A DNA stretch of 64,000 nt from an uncultured bacterium (GTDB lineage Bacteria > Desulfobacterota_D > UBA1144 > Nemesobacterales > UBA2774). The position numbers were made by a program, and so were the translations under genes. The stretch spans positions 640,001 through 704,000 of the forward strand of contig CAVPJU010000010.1 in assembly GCA_963705505.1 (NCBI GenBank), read 5' to 3'. Within the stretch, counting starts at the first letter, position 1. Each line of letters opens with the position of its first letter. The notes below the pieces were generated by a model. It was not told the origin of the DNA and did not search any database. It saw nothing but the letters and a program-made list of their open reading frames with translations. This document shows, piece by piece, positions 22,072-35,221 of the stretch.

Positions 22072-24780
22072 CTAAGCGATCTCGCTCAGCTTATGAAGCA
22101 CGTCTTCCATCTTCTTTATCTGGAATGAAAGCTCCTCGAATATTTCGCGCTCTTTTTTGATGATATCTTCAGGGGCGCGCTCGAGGAATTCGGGGTTGGA
22201 GAGTTTCTTTTCGGTGCGTTCCAAATCTTTAGAAATCTTGCCGATCTCTTTTTTTATCCTCTCGGTTTCTTTCCCTATGTCGATCAGCCCCTCGACGGGA
22301 AGGAATATCTCGACGCCGGGGATTACATGGGCGATCGCCTTTTTCGGTTTATCTTTCTTCGCGATTTCAAATCCTGACAATGAAGCCAGGCTGAGTATAA
22401 AGCCCTTATTGTCCTCAATCTGCTTCCGGGCTTCCTTGGTTTCAGGGAGGAGGACGACGCTCACTTTCTCAGACGGATGGAGACCTATCACAGCCCGGAG
22501 GTTCCTTACGCCGACGACTATCTCCTTCATAAGCTCCACTTCGTCATGAGCGTCGCGGAAAATCTGCGTCTCGTTACATTCGGGGAACGAGCTTATCATT
22601 ATGCTCTCCGCCGTACCGCCGTCAACAGCGCTCAATTCCACCCCGAACCCGCGGAGCCTCTGATAGAGCTCCTCCGTTATGAAGGGGGCCATGGGATGGA
22701 GCAATTGGAGCGCGGTCTTGAGCACCCTTACGAGCACGCTCTTCGTTTTTTGCTTCCCGCGGGGGTCGGCTCCGTACAGGACGGGCTTTACGGACTCGAT
22801 GTACCAGTCGCAGTACTCAGACCAGAAGAACTTGTAAACAGCCCCGGCAGCTTTGTCGAATTCGTAATTCTCAAACGAATCCCCGACCTCTTTGACGGTC
22901 TCGTTGAGCTTGGTCAGTATCCATTTATCGTATGTCGAAAGCTCTTCATCGGGGACCTTCACGCTCTCGTCGTAGTCCCCGAGGTTCATGATGAGAAAGC
23001 GCGAAGCGTTCCAGATTTTATTTATGAAATTCCTGTAGCCCTGAATGACGGGCATCGAGAGCTTGATGTCCCTCCCCTGAGTGGCGAGCGCGGTCAGGCT
23101 GAACCGGAGGGCGTCTGCCCCGTTCTCCTCTATGACGTCGAGAGGGTCTATGACGTTCCCCCTCGTCTTACTCATCTTGTGCCCCTTCTCGTCCCTTATG
23201 AGCCCGTGTATGTAAACGTCCTTAAACGGGACGTCCCCCATGAACTTGAGCCCCTGCATTATCATGCGCGCGACCCAGAAAAAGATAATATCGAACCCCG
23301 TAACTAAAACGCTCGTCGGATAGTATCTCTTTAACTCGGGCGTAGGCTCGGGCCAGCCGAGTGTCGAAAACGGCCAGAGACCGGAGGAAAACCACGTATC
23401 GAGCACATCGGGGTCCCTCTTCAATTCCACTTCCTTTCCGTAATGCTTTTTTGCAGCCTTGTACGCGTCCTCTTCCGAGAGCGCTACGAAAATCTCCCCG
23501 CCGGGCCCGTACCATGCGGGTATCTGATGCCCCCACCAGAGCTGACGGGATATGCACCAGGGCTCTATATTCTTTAGCCATTCGAAGTAGGTGCTCTCCC
23601 AGTATTTCGGTACGAACCTGATCTTACCCTGCTCGACGGCGGCAATAGCGGGCGCGGCGAGAGTGGCCGCATCTACGTACCACTGGTCCGTGAGCCAGGG
23701 CTCGACCGCGACCCCGGACCTGTCGCCGTAGGGGACCGTGTGCCGCGTGTCCTCTATCTTATCGAGGAGCCCCCGCGCTTCCATATCTTCGACAACGCGC
23801 TTTCTCGCCTCGAACCTCTCGAGGCCTCTGTATTTTGCGGGGACGTTGTCGTTCAAGTGAGCGGTTTCGTCGAATATGTTGATCATAGGGAGGTTGTGTC
23901 TCCGCCCGACCTCGAAGTCGTTGAAGTCGTGGGCGGGTGTGATTTTGACGGCTCCCGTACCCTTCTCCGGGTCGCTGTATTCATCGGCGATTATGGGGAT
24001 GGGGCGCTCAGCGAGGGGGAGCACCGCGTTTTTCCCGACGAGACGCTTATAGCGAGCATCATCGGGATGCACGGCGACGGCTGTATCCCCGAGCATCGTT
24101 TCGGGCCTCGTAGTGGCGACGGTTATGAATTCGTCATTGCTTCCCTCGATCGGGTACCTGAAATGCCAGAAGTGGCCTGAGACCTCGCGCTGGTCCACCT
24201 CCAGATCGGAAATAGCCGTGCAGAGCCTGGGGTCCCAGTTGACGAGCCTCTTGTCCTTATAGATTAGCTTTTCGTTATAGAGGTCGACGAATACCTTCCT
24301 CACGGCGTAGGACAACCCCTCGTCCATCGTGAAACGCTCCATATCCCAGTCGGGGAGCGCCCCGAGACGCCTCAGCTGGCGCGTGATGGTATCGCCGGAT
24401 TCCTGCTTCCACCGCCAGACGCGCTCGACGAACCTCTCCCTGCCCATCTGCGCCCGCGACGTGCCCTCCTTTTCGAGCTCGCGCTCGACCATCATCTGCG
24501 TCGCGATCCCGGCATGATCCGTGCCCGGGACCCAGAGCGCATCGAACCCTTTCATACGCTTCCAGCGGATGAGTATGTCCTGGAGCGTGTTGTTGAGCGC
24601 GTGGCCTATGTGAAGCGACCCCGTCACGTTGGGAGGGGGGATTACAATCGTATAAGGGGGTTTTCCGCCGGACGGCGAAGATTTATAATAGCCTTTTTCG
24701 ATCCAGTCGGCGTACCATTTCTCTTCAACCTTTTTTGGATCGTAGACCTTATCCAGCTGGGTTTTACTATCGTCCGGCAT
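22072..24780 (-). CDS. valS: Valine--tRNA ligase
   Basis: PPPNVTGSLHIGH, WCISRQLWWGH, DVLDTWFSS, KMSK, C-terminal coiled coil. Confidence 0.98.
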   Translation of the reverse strand: MPDDSKTQLDKVYDPKKVEEKWYADWIEKGYYKSSPSGGKPPYTIVIPPPNVTGSLHIGHALNNTLQDILIRWKRMKGFDALWVPGTDHAGIATQMMVERELEKEGTSRAQMGRERFVERVWRWKQESGDTITRQLRRLGALPDWDMERFTMDEGLSYAVRKVFVDLYNEKLIYKDKRLVNWDPRLCTAISDLEVDQREVSGHFWHFRYPIEGSNDEFITVATTRPETMLGDTAVAVHPDDARYKRLVGKNAVLPLAERPIPIIADEYSDPEKGTGAVKITPAHDFNDFEVGRRHNLPMINIFDETAHLNDNVPAKYRGLERFEARKRVVEDMEARGLLDKIEDTRHTVPYGDRSGVAVEPWLTDQWYVDAATLAAPAIAAVEQGKIRFVPKYWESTYFEWLKNIEPWCISRQLWWGHQIPAWYGPGGEIFVALSEEDAYKAAKKHYGKEVELKRDPDVLDTWFSSGLWPFSTLGWPEPTPELKRYYPTSVLVTGFDIIFFWVARMIMQGLKFMGDVPFKDVYIHGLIRDEKGHKMSKTRGNVIDPLDVIEENGADALRFSLTALATQGRDIKLSMPVIQGYRNFINKIWNASRFLIMNLGDYDESVKVPDEELSTYDKWILTKLNETVKEVGDSFENYEFDKAAGAVYKFFWSEYCDWYIESVKPVLYGADPRGKQKTKSVLVRVLKTALQLLHPMAPFITEELYQRLRGFGVELSAVDGGTAESIMISSFPECNETQIFRDAHDEVELMKEIVVGVRNLRAVIGLHPSEKVSVVLLPETKEARKQIEDNKGFILSLASLSGFEIAKKDKPKKAIAHVIPGVEIFLPVEGLIDIGKETERIKKEIGKISKDLERTEKKLSNPEFLERAPEDIIKKEREIFEELSFQIKKMEDVLHKLSEIA

Positions 24781-24815
24781 GGCAGATATTCAATGATAGA
24801 AAGAATCGAGAATCA

Positions 24816-24850
24816 CGGGTTCGGAGACGGTTCTTGAGCCTCCGAACCCG
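24816..24850 (-). terminator. Stem-loop after rpoC, probable terminator
   Basis: CGGGTTCGGAG/CTCCGAACCCG 11-bp perfect stem followed by T-rich sequence on the minus strand. Confidence 0.6.
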
Positions 24851-24865
24851 GTTTATTCGCTATGT

Positions 24866-27800
24866 TTATTCTTCGTCCGCAGAAGCAGCCGCGGGTACGG
24901 GCACTTCGAGAACGGGGACTTCGACATCTATATTCCTGTATATTGGGAGTCCTGTCCCTGCGGGTATCAGCCTTCCCATTATAACGTTTTCCTTAAGACC
25001 CCTGAGGTTGTCTTCTTTGCCCTCGCAGGCTGCCTCGGTGAGCACCCTCGTAGTCTCCTGGAACGATGCGGCCGAAAGCCAGCTGTCAGTGCTCAGCGAA
25101 GCCCTCGTTATTCCGAGAAGGAGCGGCTCCGCGGACGCGGGCCTTCCTCCCTGCGCAACGACCCTCTCGTTCTCCTCGAAGAAGATGTGCTTCTCTATGG
25201 CCTCTCCGACGAGCAAAATGGTGTCTCCGGGGTCTTTAATCCTTACCCGCTTGAGCATCTGCCTCACTATGGCTTCGATATGCTTATCGTTTATCTTGAC
25301 TCCCTGGAGCCTGTAAACCTCCTGGATCTCGTCGACTAAATATCTCGTGAGCGCCCGCTCTCCGCGGATTCTCAGTATGTCGTGGGGGTTTACGGACCCG
25401 TCGACAAGCTGGTCTCCGGAAGTCACCACCTCGCCTTCCCTCACGAGGACGTGTTTTCCCCTCGGGACGAGGTATTCCTTGGGCTCGCCTATCTCCGGGG
25501 TTACAACGACCCTTCTCTTACCCTTAAGGTCTTTCCCGTAGGTTACTATACCGTCTATCTCGGTAACGACGGCAGGGTCTTTGGGCATTCTGGCTTCGAA
25601 AAGCTCTGCGACCCTGGGCAGTCCGCCCGTGATGTCCTTTGTTTTCGCGGTCGCCCTCGCGATCTTGGCCACTACGTCTCCGGCGCTGACGACATCGCCT
25701 TCGTTCGCTTCTATAATCGCCCCGATCGGGAGGGAGTACTGTATGCTTTTTCCTTCATCGGTCGTGATAACGAGACCGGGGTGAACTTCAAAGTTCTTGG
25801 ATTCCATAACGACTTTTTTATAAATACCCGTAACTTCGTCAACCTGCTCTTTAAGAGTTATGCCCTGCTCCAGGTCCACAAAACCTACCTTGCCGTCGAA
25901 TTCCGAAATAAACGGCGTCGTGTACGGGTCCCATTCCGCGAGGAGCTGTCCTTCCCTGACCTTATCACCTTCGTTGATCCTCAGTCTGGCTCCGAGCGCG
26001 AGCGGATAACGCTCCCTCTCATACCCTTTATCGTCCACTAATATCAGAGTCCCGGTGCGGTTAATTACGACCAAGCTTCCGTCCTTGGCCGTTACAGTCC
26101 TTACAGTGTTGAATTTAATCGTGCCTTCGTGCGCGGATTCGAGCGTACTTTCGGCAGCCCTCTGGCTCGCGGCGCCTCCGATGTGGAACGTTCTCATCGT
26201 GAGCTGAGTTCCGGGCTCGCCTATCGACTGGGCGGCGATAATTCCGACCGCTTCTCCGATATTCACGAGCTTTCCCGTAGCCAGGTTCCTGCCGTAACAC
26301 AATACGCACACTCCTATGCGCGTCTCGCAGGTCAATACCGACCTTATCCTTACCTCCGTTATGCTTCCGGCCTCGTCTATTCTGGCCGCCGCCTGCTCGT
26401 CTATTTCCTCGTTCGCTCTTACTATTACATCGCCGCTTACGGGGTCGAGTATGTCCTCGACGGTAACCCTTCCGAGCACCCTTTCGCCGACCCTCTCTAT
26501 AATCTCGCCGCCCTCGACGAGGTCGCTGACCGTGATTCCCTCCACGGTCCCGCAGTCGAATTCTTTTATCATTACGTCCTGGGCGACGTCTATGAGCCTT
26601 CTCGTAAGATAACCCGCGTTAGCCGTTTTCAAGGCTGTGTCGGCAAGTCCCTTCCTCGCGCCGTGGGTCGAAATGAAGTACTGAAGGACGGTAAGTCCCT
26701 CGCGGAAGTTAGACGTAATCGGAGTCTCTATGATCTCTCCCGACGGCTTGGCCATGAGTCCCCTCATACCCGCCAGCTGACGTACCTGTGTCTGGCTGCC
26801 CCTCGCCCCCGAGTCTATCATCATGTATATGGGGTTTGAGCTCGCCCCTCTCTTTAAGTTGCCGTCCTTGTCGGTGTACTCTTCGTAAGAAATATCTCTC
26901 ATCATTTCCTGAGCCACTTCGTCGCTCGTACGGGCCCAGATGTCGATAACCTTGTTGTACCTTTCGCCGTCCGTAATCAGCCCCTGAGAATACTGGTTCT
27001 GGACTTTGACTACTTCGTCCTGCGCCTTCTCAAGGAGCTCCTTCTTCTTGTGCGGGATTCTCATATCGTCTATCGATATGGAAATACCGGCTCTGGTCGA
27101 ATACTTGAACCCGAGTGTCCTCATCCTGTCGGCGAGTATCACGGTGTTCTTGCCGCCGGCCATCCTGAAACAGGTATCGACTAGCTCCTCAATGGCTCTC
27201 TTGGTCATGACCCTGTTTACAAGCTCGAACGGGATGTCCTTGGGCATGATATCGTAAAGGAGCACGCGTCCCGCGGTCGTCTCGAATATCTTGCCGCTCA
27301 CGCGGACTTTTATCTTCGCATGTATCCCAATTTCTCCGGAATCGTACGCAATCTGCACTTCTTCGATGCTCGAGAAGATCTTGCCGTCCCCCTTATCGTA
27401 CGCCATATCCCTCGTCATATAGTAGATGCCGAGGACTATGTCCTGTGTCGGGAGGATTATCGGCTTCCCGTGCGCAGGGGATAGAATATTGTTCGTAGAC
27501 ATCACGAGCGTCCTGCACTCCGTCTGCGCTTCTATGGAGAGCGGTACATGTACCGCCATCTGGTCGCCGTCGAAGTCCGCATTATAGGCGGGGCAAACGA
27601 GCGGGTGGATCTGAATCGCCTTGTCCTCTATCAGTATGGGCTCGAACGCCTGAATACTGAGGCGGTGAAGAGTCGGAGCGCGGTTGAGTAAAACCGGGTG
27701 CTCCTTGATTACCTCGTCGAGCGCGTCCCATACTATCGGGGCTTCCTGTTCTACGAGCTTCTTTGCTATTTTTATTGTCGCCGCGGCTCCCCATTTCTCA

Positions 27801-28951
27801 AGCTTCTGGTATATGAACGGCCTGAAAAGCTCGAGTCCCATCTGCTTCGGGATACCGCACTGATGGAGCTTCAGCTCGGGACCGACGGTGATGACCGAAC
27901 GGCCTGAGTAGTCCACCCTCTTTCCGAGGAGGTTCTGTCTGAACCTTCCCTGCTTACCCTTGATAATATCGCTCAGGCTCTTAAGAGGCCTGTGGTTATG
28001 ACCGAGTACCGGCCTTCCCCTGCGTCCGTTCTCAAGGAGAGCGTCCACGGACTCCTGGAGCATCCTCTTCTCGTTCCTTACGATGATATCGGGCGCTCCG
28101 AGCTCGAGTAATTTCTTAAGCCTGTTATTCCTGTTTATTACACGCCTGTATAGGTCGTTCAGGTCGGACGTCGCGAACCTTCCGCCGTCCAAAGGAACGA
28201 GCGGCCTCAGGTCGGGCGGGAGTACGGGTATCCTCGTAAGGATCATCCACTCGGGACGGTTCTTCGATTTCCTGAACGCCTCGCAAATCCGGAGCCTCTT
28301 CGCAATCCTCGCCCTTTTAATAGGGGAGGTCGTGTTTTTCATTTCGTGCCTTAACTGGTCCGAGAGCTCTACGAGGTCTATCTTCTTGAGCATCTCCCTG
28401 ATAGTCTCGGCCCCCATGCCTACCTTGAAGCTGTGGCCGTATTCCTCTACAGCCTTTCTGTATTTATCCTCGCTGAGGACTTCCCCGAATTTAAGGGTCG
28501 TGCCTCCCGGATCGAGGACTACGTATGATTCGTAGTAAAGGGCTTTTTCCAGGTCCTTGAGCGTCATATCGAGCAGCATGCCGATTCTCGACGGTATGCT
28601 CCTCAGAAACCAGATATGCGCGACAGGGGACGAAAGCTCTATGTGAGCCATCCTCTCCCTTCTGACCTTGGATGAGATAACCTCGACCCCGCATTTTTCA
28701 CAAGTGATGCCTCTGTGTTTTAATCTCTTATATTTTCCGCAAGTGCATTCGTAATCCTTCACAGGACCGAATATCTTTGCGCAAAACAGACCGCTCCTTT
28801 CGGGTTTGAATGTCCTGTAATTGATAGTCTCGGGCTTCCTGACTTCTCCGTGCGACCACTCCTTGATCTTTTCAGGAGAAGCTATCGATATCTTTACCGC
28901 CGAGTACTCCGAAGGATTCTTAGGCTTTTCAAAAAGGGTATCTACGTCCAC
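24866..28951 (-). CDS. rpoC: RNA polymerase beta' subunit
   Basis: [12 protein letters not shown], zinc-finger cysteines, [13 protein letters not shown]. The start is placed at GTG 28951 (GGGAGGG SD) rather than the track TTG 28981. Confidence 0.98.
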   Translation of the reverse strand: MDVDTLFEKPKNPSEYSAVKISIASPEKIKEWSHGEVRKPETINYRTFKPERSGLFCAKIFGPVKDYECTCGKYKRLKHRGITCEKCGVEVISSKVRRERMAHIELSSPVAHIWFLRSIPSRIGMLLDMTLKDLEKALYYESYVVLDPGGTTLKFGEVLSEDKYRKAVEEYGHSFKVGMGAETIREMLKKIDLVELSDQLRHEMKNTTSPIKRARIAKRLRICEAFRKSKNRPEWMILTRIPVLPPDLRPLVPLDGGRFATSDLNDLYRRVINRNNRLKKLLELGAPDIIVRNEKRMLQESVDALLENGRRGRPVLGHNHRPLKSLSDIIKGKQGRFRQNLLGKRVDYSGRSVITVGPELKLHQCGIPKQMGLELFRPFIYQKLEKWGAAATIKIAKKLVEQEAPIVWDALDEVIKEHPVLLNRAPTLHRLSIQAFEPILIEDKAIQIHPLVCPAYNADFDGDQMAVHVPLSIEAQTECRTLVMSTNNILSPAHGKPIILPTQDIVLGIYYMTRDMAYDKGDGKIFSSIEEVQIAYDSGEIGIHAKIKVRVSGKIFETTAGRVLLYDIMPKDIPFELVNRVMTKRAIEELVDTCFRMAGGKNTVILADRMRTLGFKYSTRAGISISIDDMRIPHKKKELLEKAQDEVVKVQNQYSQGLITDGERYNKVIDIWARTSDEVAQEMMRDISYEEYTDKDGNLKRGASSNPIYMMIDSGARGSQTQVRQLAGMRGLMAKPSGEIIETPITSNFREGLTVLQYFISTHGARKGLADTALKTANAGYLTRRLIDVAQDVMIKEFDCGTVEGITVSDLVEGGEIIERVGERVLGRVTVEDILDPVSGDVIVRANEEIDEQAAARIDEAGSITEVRIRSVLTCETRIGVCVLCYGRNLATGKLVNIGEAVGIIAAQSIGEPGTQLTMRTFHIGGAASQRAAESTLESAHEGTIKFNTVRTVTAKDGSLVVINRTGTLILVDDKGYERERYPLALGARLRINEGDKVREGQLLAEWDPYTTPFISEFDGKVGFVDLEQGITLKEQVDEVTGIYKKVVMESKNFEVHPGLVITTDEGKSIQYSLPIGAIIEANEGDVVSAGDVVAKIARATAKTKDITGGLPRVAELFEARMPKDPAVVTEIDGIVTYGKDLKGKRRVVVTPEIGEPKEYLVPRGKHVLVREGEVVTSGDQLVDGSVNPHDILRIRGERALTRYLVDEIQEVYRLQGVKINDKHIEAIVRQMLKRVRIKDPGDTILLVGEAIEKHIFFEENERVVAQGGRPASAEPLLLGITRASLSTDSWLSAASFQETTRVLTEAACEGKEDNLRGLKENVIMGRLIPAGTGLPIYRNIDVEVPVLEVPVPAAASADEE

Positions 28952-28977
28952 GTTTTTCTCCCTCCCTAATCTTATAT

Positions 28978-31900
28978 TCAATTCCTTCCTGATTCTTCTT
29001 CCTCGAGAAGGTCGACGTCCAGCGCCAGCGCCTGGAGCTCCTTTTGAAGGACCTTAAACGACTCCGGCAGGCCGGGCTCAAAATTCATATCGCCCTTGAC
29101 GATCGAATCGAAAATCCGGGTTCTGCCTATAACGTCATCCGATTTTACGGTCAGAAATTCCTGTAATGTGTATGAAGCGCCGTAGGCTTCGAGCGCCCAG
29201 ACTTCCATCTCCCCGAGACGCTGGCCTCCGAAATGCGCCTTACCGCCCAGAGGCTGCTGCGTGACGAGGGAGTACGGACCGATCGCCCTGGCGTGGATCT
29301 TCTCCTCGACAAGGTGATGGAGCTTGAGCATATACATCACGCCGACCGTGACTTTCTGGTCAAACGGCTCTCCGCTCTGACCGTCGAAGAGTATAGTCTT
29401 GCCGTCCTCCGGCAGTCCCGTCTCCGCCAGCATGGTCTTGATCTCTTCTTCCGACGCTCCGTCGAATACGGGAGACTTGACCGGGACACCGTTACGCAGA
29501 CTCCTGGCAACGGAAATTACATCCTCGTCGTCCAGCTTGTCTATCAGCTTTGCGGTCTCGGAAGCTTTATATATATCCTTCAGCTTCGCCCTCAGGGCCT
29601 GGGGACTGAATTCCCTTTCCATTATCTCGTTTATCTGATTGCCGAGCTCTTTTGCGGCCCACCCCAAGTGCGTTTCAAGCACCTGACCGACGTTCATTCT
29701 CGAAGGAACGCCGAGCGGGTTTAGAATCATGTCGACCGGTGCCCCGTTCGGAAGGTAGGGCATGTCTTCCTCGGCAAGTATTTTCGAGATTACACCCTTG
29801 TTTCCGTGTCTTCCGGCCATTTTATCTCCGACCTGGAGCTTCCTTTTAACGGCGATATTTACCTTTACCACCTTGAGGACTCCCGGCGGGAGCTCGTCCG
29901 GTTTTGTGAGCTTCGATATCCTCTGATCGTATACCACGTTAGTCAGATCGATCTGCTCGAGCGTTCTTTCGATGATCCGCTTGATCTCGGCTTCCGCTTC
30001 GTCTCCCTTTTCGATTGTGATATCGGCAAACTTCTCAAACGGTATGGTCTTGAGTATGTCTTCCGTTATCTTGTCCCCTTTCTTGAGTACGGTCTTTCTC
30101 GAAACAGTCAGCTTCGCGGAAGATATTTTGCCCGCAACGAGAGACTTGATACGCTCAAAAGCGTCGTCTTTCAATATCTTGATTTCGTCGTCCCTGTCCT
30201 GCTTGAGGCGGGTTACCTCAAAATCTTCGATGCTCTTCGCTCTCTCGTCTTTATCGACTACCCTCGAGATGAGCATCTTCACATCTATGACAGTGCCGTA
30301 AATGCCGGGGGAGGCTCTCAAAGACGTATCCTTCACATCCCCCGCCTTGTCCCCGAATATAGCCCTCAGCAAGCGCTCTTCAGGAGAGAGCTGAGTCTCG
30401 CCCTTGGGAGAAATCTTACCTACGATTATGTCCCCGGGCTTCACTTCAGCGCCGATCCTGATGATTCCGCTCTCATCGAGGTTCCTGAGAGCGTCTTCGC
30501 TCACATTCGGAATATCCCTCGTTATCTCTTCTCGTCCGAGCTTCGTTTCACGCGCTATGCATTCGACCTCTTCTATATGTATAGAGGTAAACATGTCTTC
30601 TTTTGCGAGCCTTTCGCTCATCAGTATTGCGTCTTCAAAGTTATATCCGCCCCATGGCATGAAAGCCACCAGTACGTTCTGACCGAGGGCGAGCTCGCCT
30701 GAATCCGTAGAAGGCCCGTCCGCAATGACCTGGCCGGCTTTTATCTGCTGGCCTTTCTTGACGATGGGCTTCTGGTTCCAGCACGTGCTCTGGTTCGATT
30801 TCTGGAATTTCAAGAGGTTGTACATATCCACTCCGGCCTCGGTCTCGGAGGTGTCTCCCGTGGAGCTCACGACCACCCTCGCCGAATCGACGTACTCGAC
30901 AATACCGTCTCTCTTCGCGATCACGGTTACCCCCGAATCCTTGGCGACGGTGCTTTCAAACCCGGTGCCGACGATAGGCGAGCTGGTGCGTATGAGAGGC
31001 ACCGCCTGACGCTGCATGTTCGATCCCATAAGGGCGCGGTTCGCGTCGTCATGCTCGAGGAAGGGTATAAGCGATGCCGATACGGATACGAGCTGCGACG
31101 GGGAGACGTCCATAAGCTCGACCTTTTCACGCTCGACCATGAGGAACTCGCCGCTGTGTCTCGCCGAAATAAAATCCGACGTGAAATTGCCGTTTTTATC
31201 GAGCGGCGCGTTTGCCTGGGCAATGATGTACTTTTCCTCGGCAAGGGCGTTCATATATACAATTTCATCTGTAACCCTTGCGCTCTTTACCACCCTGTAG
31301 GGCGTCTGAATAAATCCGAATTCGTTGATCTTGCCGTAAGTGCTGAGACTCGAAATCAGACCGATGTTAGGTCCTTCCGGAGTTTCTATGGGGCAGATTC
31401 TCCCGTAGTGGGAAGAATGTACGTCCCTCACTTCAAACCCGGCCCTCTCCCTGGTGAGACCTCCCGGCCCCAAAGCGCTCAATCTCCTCTTGTGCGTGAT
31501 CTCGGAGAGAGGATTCGTCTGATCCATGAACTGCGAGAGCTGTCCCGTCGCAAAGAATTCCTTTACGACCGCAATGACCGTCTTCGGTATAAGCAGCTCG
31601 CTCGGCATCAGGTTTTCGACCGCCTGATAACCCATCTTTTCCTTCACGGAGCGGGCAAGCCTTTCGAGTCCGTGATAAAACCTGTCTTCTATAAGCTCCC
31701 CTACAGTCCGCACCCTCCTGTTTCCCAGGTGGTCTATATCGTCTGTCGTACCCCTGCCCCCTCTCAGTCCCAGCAGGTATCTGACCGACTCCAATATATC
31801 TTCCCTGGTAAGAGTGGATACGTCGTCAGGGATACCGTGATTCAATTTATAATTTATTTTGAGACGACCGACCTGAGAAAGCCTGTAAGTGTCCGGATTG

Positions 31901-33090
31901 AAGAACATGTTGTCGAAGAAAGACTGCGCGACGTTGAGTGTGGGGGGATCGGTCGGACGGAACTTCTTGTAAATCTCAGTAATTGCGTCTTCACGAGTTT
32001 TGATCTTATCCGCAAGAATCGTATTTCTTAATGAAGCTACAACGGATACGTTGTCTATGTAGAAAATGCTGAATTCGGTAACGTCCGCCTTTTTAATCAG
32101 CTCGAGCTTCTGCTCGGTAATGAGCTCGTTAAAATTTACTATTACCTCGCCCGTCCTTTTGTCCACTATATCGCCGGCCGCGAATTTGTCCGTCAATTCG
32201 GAGGGGTCGATCGGTATTCTTTCGATATTCGACCGCTTCAGCTTTTCAATGATGTTCCTTACGAATCTCCTCCCCTTCTTTACAACCACCTCTTTGGTGC
32301 CCGGATCGACGATGTCGGCGCTCGATCTCTGGTAGGGAAGGACCTCATGATTTACTTTCTTGCTCATGCCCTTCGGCTCTATAAAAATATTCTCGACGGG
32401 ATAGAAATAGTTCATTATCCCCTTGTCGTCATAACCCAGGGCTTTTAACAGCACGGTTACGAGAAACTTCTTCTTTCTGTCTATTCTGACGTGGAGAATG
32501 TCTTTCGAGTCGAATTCGAAATCTATCCACCTGCCGTCGTGCGGCACTATTCTGGCCGAAAATGAAGACCTGCCTACGCCGCTGTCTTTGTTTCTCACCT
32601 GGTCGAAGAACACGCCCGGGGAACGGTGCAGCTGGTTTACGATTACCCTTTCCGTCCCGTTCACGATAAATGAACCGTTCGGGGTCATGAGGGGAATCTC
32701 TCCGAAATAAACCTCCTGCTCCTTTACATCCCTGATCGTGCGCTCCTCGCTGGATTCCGTATCCCAGATAACGAGACGGAAGGTCACGTAAAGGGGCGCT
32801 ACGTATGTGTACCCCTTAAGCCTGCATTCCTGAGCCTCATACTTGGGCCTGTCAAAACGGTAGGCTATGTATTCGAGCGAGGCTTTTTCGTTGTAATCCT
32901 CTATCGGAAAAACCGTCTTGAACGCATTGTGAAGACCGATGTCCTTAAGGTCCTCCTGCTTGGTATCAGCTTGTAGAAATTCGAGGTAGGACTTGATTTG
33001 AACTTCGAGCAGGTGAGGTATTTCGAGAACAGATGGTAATTTTGAAAAACTCTTTCTTAATTTATACGTTTCTAAACCATCAAGACTCAA
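28978..33090 (-). CDS. rpoB: RNA polymerase beta subunit
   Basis: [31 protein letters not shown]. Confidence 0.98.
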   Translation of the reverse strand: MSLDGLETYKLRKSFSKLPSVLEIPHLLEVQIKSYLEFLQADTKQEDLKDIGLHNAFKTVFPIEDYNEKASLEYIAYRFDRPKYEAQECRLKGYTYVAPLYVTFRLVIWDTESSEERTIRDVKEQEVYFGEIPLMTPNGSFIVNGTERVIVNQLHRSPGVFFDQVRNKDSGVGRSSFSARIVPHDGRWIDFEFDSKDILHVRIDRKKKFLVTVLLKALGYDDKGIMNYFYPVENIFIEPKGMSKKVNHEVLPYQRSSADIVDPGTKEVVVKKGRRFVRNIIEKLKRSNIERIPIDPSELTDKFAAGDIVDKRTGEVIVNFNELITEQKLELIKKADVTEFSIFYIDNVSVVASLRNTILADKIKTREDAITEIYKKFRPTDPPTLNVAQSFFDNMFFNPDTYRLSQVGRLKINYKLNHGIPDDVSTLTREDILESVRYLLGLRGGRGTTDDIDHLGNRRVRTVGELIEDRFYHGLERLARSVKEKMGYQAVENLMPSELLIPKTVIAVVKEFFATGQLSQFMDQTNPLSEITHKRRLSALGPGGLTRERAGFEVRDVHSSHYGRICPIETPEGPNIGLISSLSTYGKINEFGFIQTPYRVVKSARVTDEIVYMNALAEEKYIIAQANAPLDKNGNFTSDFISARHSGEFLMVEREKVELMDVSPSQLVSVSASLIPFLEHDDANRALMGSNMQRQAVPLIRTSSPIVGTGFESTVAKDSGVTVIAKRDGIVEYVDSARVVVSSTGDTSETEAGVDMYNLLKFQKSNQSTCWNQKPIVKKGQQIKAGQVIADGPSTDSGELALGQNVLVAFMPWGGYNFEDAILMSERLAKEDMFTSIHIEEVECIARETKLGREEITRDIPNVSEDALRNLDESGIIRIGAEVKPGDIIVGKISPKGETQLSPEERLLRAIFGDKAGDVKDTSLRASPGIYGTVIDVKMLISRVVDKDERAKSIEDFEVTRLKQDRDDEIKILKDDAFERIKSLVAGKISSAKLTVSRKTVLKKGDKITEDILKTIPFEKFADITIEKGDEAEAEIKRIIERTLEQIDLTNVVYDQRISKLTKPDELPPGVLKVVKVNIAVKRKLQVGDKMAGRHGNKGVISKILAEEDMPYLPNGAPVDMILNPLGVPSRMNVGQVLETHLGWAAKELGNQINEIMEREFSPQALRAKLKDIYKASETAKLIDKLDDEDVISVARSLRNGVPVKSPVFDGASEEEIKTMLAETGLPEDGKTILFDGQSGEPFDQKVTVGVMYMLKLHHLVEEKIHARAIGPYSLVTQQPLGGKAHFGGQRLGEMEVWALEAYGASYTLQEFLTVKSDDVIGRTRIFDSIVKGDMNFEPGLPESFKVLQKELQALALDVDLLEEEESGRN

Positions 33091-33337
33091 CTTGTCTTAC
33101 CCCCCGTATATGTTTTATAAATCTCACTCAAACGCCTTTTACGGCAAACCGCCGGACGGCGGGCACACCGCCTCTATGTAAATCTTATTAAGCATTCCCT
33201 TTACATAGACTCGGTTTTCTATCTGAAAAAAAGACATATTAACGAGATAGAAACAAGGTCGGAAATAAGGCTTCAAAAGTCAGATAACCAATTCATGAGT
33301 GTAAACATAATATTATACCTGACTTTGAGCCAAACGC

Positions 33338-33733
33338 TTAATTGATTTCGACTTGCGCGCCGGCCTCTTCAAGCTTTTTCTTAATGTTTTCCGCTTCCTG
33401 TTTATCCACGCCTTCTTTGACGGGTTTAGGGGCTCCCTCGACAAGGTCCTTCGCTTCTTTCAGACCGAGCGACGTAACTTCCCTAACGGCTTTAATAACT
33501 TGAATCTTATTGCCGCCCGCAACTTTCAGGATTACATTAAACTCGGTTTGCTCGACCTGCTCCGCCTGAGCCTCACCCCCGGCTCCCGCACCCGGCATGG
33601 CGGCTACCGCTAGTTGGGGGGCTGCTGCTTTCACATCGAATTTAACCTCGATCTCCTTGATCAACTCCGAAATTTCAAGCATGCTCGCCTTTTCAAGATA
33701 CGTAATAACATCTGCCCTCGTTATATCAGACAT
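33338..33733 (-). CDS. rplL: 50S ribosomal protein L7/L12
   Basis: [28 protein letters not shown]. Confidence 0.97.
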   Translation of the reverse strand: MSDITRADVITYLEKASMLEISELIKEIEVKFDVKAAAPQLAVAAMPGAGAGGEAQAEQVEQTEFNVILKVAGGNKIQVIKAVREVTSLGLKEAKDLVEGAPKPVKEGVDKQEAENIKKKLEEAGAQVEIN

Positions 33734-33785
33734 AATTCAAAAACCTCCTTAAATGATATGAAAATCCCTTAATGCACCGTATATA

Positions 33786-34316
33786 TTATTTATTTTCCTT
33801 TTCTTTTTCGTCCTTCAGAGCATTCAACGCGTAAATGAGCTTGCTCTGGAGCTGATTGAGCGTCCCCAGGAAGTTGGAAACCGGGCTCTTGAGCAGTCCC
33901 AGAAACTGTGCGATGAGCTCCTGCCTCGACGGAAGCTTGGAGAGATCGGAAATCTGGCCCTCCCCGATTACGCTGCCCTCTACTATGCCCCCCTTAATTT
34001 TAAGAAGGGGGAGTTTCTTTAGCGATTCGACGAACACCTTGGCAACAGCAGTGGGATCCTTCTCACAGATCGCAACCGCCGTGGGTCCGTCGAACAAATC
34101 ATTAATTTGCTCTATTTTCGTATCCTTAGCGGCTATCCTGAGAAGAGTGTTCTTAACGACTTTCAGCTGGGCGTCCGCCTTCCTGAGATTCGCCCGGAGG
34201 GATTCCAGTTCTTTAACGGTCAGCCCCTTATACTCGACCACCATCACCGAAGGGTTGGCTTTGAAAACATTGTTGTATTGCGTAACTAGCTCGTTCTTAG
34301 CCGCTTTGCTCAACAT
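33786..34316 (-). CDS. rplJ: 50S ribosomal protein L10
   Basis: YKGLTV, VVKNTL, GPTA, LPSRQEL; synteny. Confidence 0.96.
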   Translation of the reverse strand: MLSKAAKNELVTQYNNVFKANPSVMVVEYKGLTVKELESLRANLRKADAQLKVVKNTLLRIAAKDTKIEQINDLFDGPTAVAICEKDPTAVAKVFVESLKKLPLLKIKGGIVEGSVIGEGQISDLSKLPSRQELIAQFLGLLKSPVSNFLGTLNQLQSKLIYALNALKDEKEKENK

Positions 34317-34393
34317 TTGCCCTGCTCCTTAATTGATAACGATTTCAAAAATCCTCTTCGACCTCAATTGCCGTTCTTTTTCCGGATCCCGGC

Positions 34394-35122
34394 TCACGCC
34401 GCGATCTGTAAATTTTTCAATGTGTCCCTGACATTTAAAGAATCGACCTTTATCCCGGGACCCATGGTATTCGATATCGTAATTTTCCTGACGAAAATCC
34501 CTTTTGATGAAGGCGGTTTCATTTTGAAAAGCGAATCCATGAATACGAGGAAATTCTCTTTTAATTTTTCGAAGCCGAACGATACCTTCCCTATGGGGGC
34601 ATGCACCACGCCGCCCTTGTCGTTTTTGACTTCTATCCTTCCGGCTTTCGCTTCTTTAACGGCGTGAGCTATATCAAAGGTTACAGTACCCACCTTGGGG
34701 CTCGGCATGAGGCCTCTCGGACCGAGAACCTTACCTAGCTTGGCGACCGTGCTCATCACATCGGGAGTCGCTATTGATACGTCGAACTCAAGCCAATTCT
34801 CTTTCGAAATCTTCTCTATGAGGTCTTCGAGCCCGACATGGTCGGCGCCCGCTTCCTTGGCTTCCCTTTGTTTGTCCTCTTTCGCGAACACGACTACCCT
34901 TATGTCTTTACCTATGCCGTGGGGGAGGACCATGCCGGTCCTTATCTGCTGGTTTGCCTGTCTGGGGTCAATCCCCAGCTTAACCGCGACTTCGACCGTT
35001 TCGTCGAATTTAGCCCTCTTCGTCGCTTCAATAAGCCTAATGGCGTCGTCCACATTATAGTTCATCTTGGCATCAACCGCCTTGTTAACTTCCAAATATT
35101 TTTTCCCTTTCTTTGCCATCAC
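34394..35122 (-). CDS. rplA: 50S ribosomal protein L1
   Basis: KFDETVE, LPHGIGK, LGPRGLMP, TMGPG. Confidence 0.97.
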   Translation of the reverse strand: MMAKKGKKYLEVNKAVDAKMNYNVDDAIRLIEATKRAKFDETVEVAVKLGIDPRQANQQIRTGMVLPHGIGKDIRVVVFAKEDKQREAKEAGADHVGLEDLIEKISKENWLEFDVSIATPDVMSTVAKLGKVLGPRGLMPSPKVGTVTFDIAHAVKEAKAGRIEVKNDKGGVVHAPIGKVSFGFEKLKENFLVFMDSLFKMKPPSSKGIFVRKITISNTMGPGIKVDSLNVRDTLKNLQIAA

Positions 35123-35221
35123 ATATCTCCTCGACCGCTGCCTGACTCCGTATCACTATTTCATCACTTAAAAAGCCCGCTTTGTTATTCAATGCCTTCT
35201 GCAGCATTGAATCCGTCTCCC

